From Nitrosopumilales archaeon (GTDB taxonomy: Archaea > Thermoproteota > Nitrososphaeria > Nitrososphaerales > Nitrososphaeraceae), in the NCBI GenBank assembly GCA_044507735.1, contig JBIQJB010000001.1, positions 128,001 through 192,000 of the forward strand: DNA of 64,000 nt. Direction: 5' to 3'. The notes below the pieces were generated by a model, which ran no database searches, had not been told where the DNA came from, and worked only from the letters and a program-made list of their open reading frames with translations. This document shows, in pieces, positions 61,250 through 64,000 of this stretch (position 1 is its first letter; each line of letters opens with the position of its first letter). The translations under genes were made by a program, and so were the position numbers.

Positions 61250-61864
61250 ATGATATCCCTAGTCTATCCGTTGCAAGTTATTTAAATCATGTCAAATCGC
61301 CGCACTGTCTCTAATGTCAGTTGCTCCTCCTAGGTGAACAAGACCTTGTCGACGATCCCATCGATGTGGACGATGTTGATATCCGTGTCATGAATCTCTC
61401 GGTATCCAGCCGAATCCTTGTACCGCGCTGATCGTCTTCCCCATCCTGGTTTGGCTACATGCGTCATACCCAAGTGCGATTTTTCGCGGAAACGAACTTG
61501 TGGTCAAGTTCATCCCAAGAGTCGATTGCCCTCATGTTGCCGGAAGAAATTTCTGCCGGCACTCCTGATTTCTCGTCGCAAAGTCCAGATAAGTTTACTG
61601 CGACCGACTAGTCAAAGTCATATTGTAACTAGGATAAATTAGCAAGCTCGCAATTCTGGGGCGTGTCTGTCAGATAGATTGCCACCCATGCTCTAGGTGC
61701 TACATGAACAACAATTCCAATCTCCATCCAGCAGGCAGGCATGTGGTCAAGGCTGTTGTTACCTTTTGTATGGGCTAGTGCCGGAAAGATGTTATGAAAA
61801 TATTTTCTGCATGGCAAGTCTGTTCAGCTCGGCAGGCTCCAATAAGGATCTGCCCTAGAGATTA

Positions 61865-62671
61865 TTGATTAATATACTGCGCCACCGCCAAGATGCGTTG
61901 CACGTGAACTCGGTTGCCATACTGCTGTACAGAAACCTAGTGGCATCAGTTGACAAGGTTTTTCTGATCTGGCAAGTGGTTTTCCCAATCATCTACATAT
62001 TTGTCGCCGGATATTCTTATTCTGCCCTGCTTGGTGAAGGGGGAATTACTATAGGCTCTACGAGCGTCGCATATCCCGCATTCCTGACAGCTGGTATGAT
62101 CGGCTTTAACATGATGAACAGCAGCACGATTGCCGGCAGCATAGTGTGGAACGACAGGCGCAACGGCATGTTCCAGCAGATATTGGTGATGCCATTTGCA
62201 AGAATGGAGTATGTGGCAGGTAGCATCATTACCATAATGCTTATGGGGCTTGCAAGCGCCGGCCTCATTCTGGTCGCCGGCTCGCCCACGCTTGTTGGAG
62301 TCGCTGTGCCGACCTTAGTTGGTTCTCTCTACGTGCTATATGCTCTGATAACCGGCGCGATATTCTTTGGATCTATCGCGATAATAATATCAACTCGTCT
62401 GCGGAGCAACGAGGGCTTTAACGTCATCGTCAACAGCGTATTCCTGTTCTTTTCATTCGTCAGCACTGCATTCTATCCTGGAGGAGGCGTGCCTGAAGGA
62501 TTGCGTACTGCATTTTACATCAACCCGCTCACCTACATCGTAGACGTTACTAGGGCCGGCATCTTTAACCAGCTCGACCCCTTTGTCAACATCGAGGTGG
62601 GCGTAATTGCGGCGTTTACGGTGTCTGCGTTCCTGCTTGCCACCCTGTCGATGATGAGGATGAAGGTCTAG
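61865..62671 (+). CDS. ABC-2 type exporter permease
   Basis: Y..FL.AG, DRRNG..., STAFYP, NPLTY.VD..R; start probably 61898 or 61904. Confidence 0.9.
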   Translation: MINILRHRQDALHVNSVAILLYRNLVASVDKVFLIWQVVFPIIYIFVAGYSYSALLGEGGITIGSTSVAYPAFLTAGMIGFNMMNSSTIAGSIVWNDRRNGMFQQILVMPFARMEYVAGSIITIMLMGLASAGLILVAGSPTLVGVAVPTLVGSLYVLYALITGAIFFGSIAIIISTRLRSNEGFNVIVNSVFLFFSFVSTAFYPGGGVPEGLRTAFYINPLTYIVDVTRAGIFNQLDPFVNIEVGVIAAFTVSAFLLATLSMMRMKV

Positions 62672-63618
62672 GCCTGCTGTTGCCTGCCGATTACCGAAAG
62701 GAAGACTTCTTCAAGCGTCGGCGGGTTGATGGACACATTCTCTATCTGAACTGAATTCTTGGATAACAATGCGATTATTCTTACGAGCATTTCTTGTGCA
62801 TCGGTGGAGCTTACCCTTATCGTGTCTGCTGCTGGTGTCTCCACTAGGGTACCGTCAGCTATATCTCGCCTGATGGCTGGCATGATCGACTGTGCAGTTG
62901 AATCCCTTAGCTTTATCTCCACAGACTTGACTCCCCCGTACTTTTGTTTCAGGCCTGCCGGCGTATCGGTCGCAACTATTTTGCCGTGATTTATGATCGC
63001 AATCTCATCGCACAGGTATTCTGCTTCCTCCATGATGTGTGTCGTGAAAAATACTGTCAAACCGCCATGCACGTGCTTTTTCACATAATCCAGAAGAGTG
63101 CGCCTTGCAGCCGGGTCAAGCCCTACAGTCGGTTCGTCAAGAAACAGCAAGTCCATGTCGTGCATGAACTCTCTGGCCACCTGGACACGCCTGCGCTGGC
63201 CGATCGACAGCTCGTCGTTCTTCATGTTCTTGAAGGAATCTAGGTCAAATTTCTCTAAAAGCTCTCGAGCTCTGTCGCGCCTCTTTTCAGGTGGCACGCC
63301 CCACATGAGGCCATACAGCTCTAGGGCCTTCTCTACGGTCAGGTTAGCTTCGAAGCTCGGCTCCTGGAGGACCACGCCTATCTTCCTTCTTATCTCGCGA
63401 TGGTGCTTCACGATATCTTTGCCGAATATCTGCACCGTGCCTGAAGTAGGGTGGATGAGAGTTGTAAGCACCCTCATGGTAGTTGTCTTGCCGGCACCGT
63501 TTGGCCCAAGGAAACCAAACACCTTGCCATATTCCACGTCAAATGAAATGCCATCTACTGCGTGCACCTGCCCGTAGCTCTTTCGCAAGTTTAAGACGTG
63601 GATGCAAGGTCCGTTCAT
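62668..63618 (-). CDS. ABC exporter ATP-binding protein (DrrA-like)
   Basis: GPNGAGKTT, LSIGQRRR, FLDEPT, TTH.MEEA, PTLEEVF. Confidence 0.95.
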   Translation of the reverse strand: MNGPCIHVLNLRKSYGQVHAVDGISFDVEYGKVFGFLGPNGAGKTTTMRVLTTLIHPTSGTVQIFGKDIVKHHREIRRKIGVVLQEPSFEANLTVEKALELYGLMWGVPPEKRRDRARELLEKFDLDSFKNMKNDELSIGQRRRVQVAREFMHDMDLLFLDEPTVGLDPAARRTLLDYVKKHVHGGLTVFFTTHIMEEAEYLCDEIAIINHGKIVATDTPAGLKQKYGGVKSVEIKLRDSTAQSIMPAIRRDIADGTLVETPAADTIRVSSTDAQEMLVRIIALLSKNSVQIENVSINPPTLEEVFLSVIGRQQQA

Positions 63619-63655
63619 ACGGAAGGTCAGAGTCTGTTACTCTATTTTTGCATTA

Positions 63656-64000
63656 TCAAAACTCAGCTGCGGCACGAGCAACCACTTCGGAAAGCGCGGG
63701 GTGAATGTGGATCGTCCTAGCAAGGCTGCGTATGTCGGCTCCAATCTTCATCGCCACCAACACTTCGTGGATAAGAATTGATGCATGGCTGCCAATAATG
63801 TGGCACCCAAGGATCTTACCCTCCCTTGATGCAAGAAGCTTGACAAACCCGTCCCTGTCTTCTATCGCCTCGCCCATCGCCGTCTTGATGTACGGGTAGA
63901 TTGCCTTTGTGTAGTGGATTTTTTCTGCCTTTAGCTGCTGCTCGGTGTAGCCTGCACCGGCAATCTGGGGTGAGGTGAAAATGGCATGGGGCATGGCTGT
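63656..64000 (-). CDS. C-terminal dimerisation domain of a pyridine nucleotide-disulfide oxidoreductase (dihydrolipoamide dehydrogenase-like), truncated by the window edge
   Basis: PHAIFTSPQIA, ILGCHIIG, HIHPALSE. Confidence 0.88.
   Translation of the reverse strand, partial: TAMPHAIFTSPQIAGAGYTEQQLKAEKIHYTKAIYPYIKTAMGEAIEDRDGFVKLLASREGKILGCHIIGSHASILIHEVLVAMKIGADIRSLARTIHIHPALSEVVARAAAEF

Noticed and set aside
61300-61860. Possible small genes or remnants upstream of the ABC permease
   Set aside because: Interrupted by stops and no recognisable homology

Overview
Chromosomal segment of an ammonia-oxidising archaeon (Nitrososphaerota, most like Nitrososphaera). The assignment rests on the thaumarchaeal terminal-oxidase cluster (small TM gene, coxB, coxA, blue-copper protein, short CtaA), two enzymes resembling those of the thaumarchaeal 3HP/4HB carbon-fixation cycle, a PEF(G)-CTERM surface protein, many stand-alone receiver domains and a BHB-intron tRNA. 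Housekeeping blocks are hemL-hemC-cobA-hemD, tmk-HD-pyrH and truD. Main accessory or unusual items: (1) tRNA-Lys(CTT) with a non-canonical 42/43 intron, followed by a ~3.7 kb att-bounded remnant island holding a three-repeat protein, a decayed IS6 and a cupredoxin; (2) duplicated TTAGG-N4-CCTAA (DtxR-like) operators on two promoters, one driving an unannotated ~190 nt unit; (3) two tandem signal-less HiPIP-like 4-Cys proteins; (4) a ComA-wHTH fusion behind a sulfonate-type ABC operon whose ATPase is internally deleted and degenerate but still open; (5) a catalytically degenerate solo Cas4. No CRISPR array or rRNA was seen. All family calls come from motif recognition only; no searches were run.
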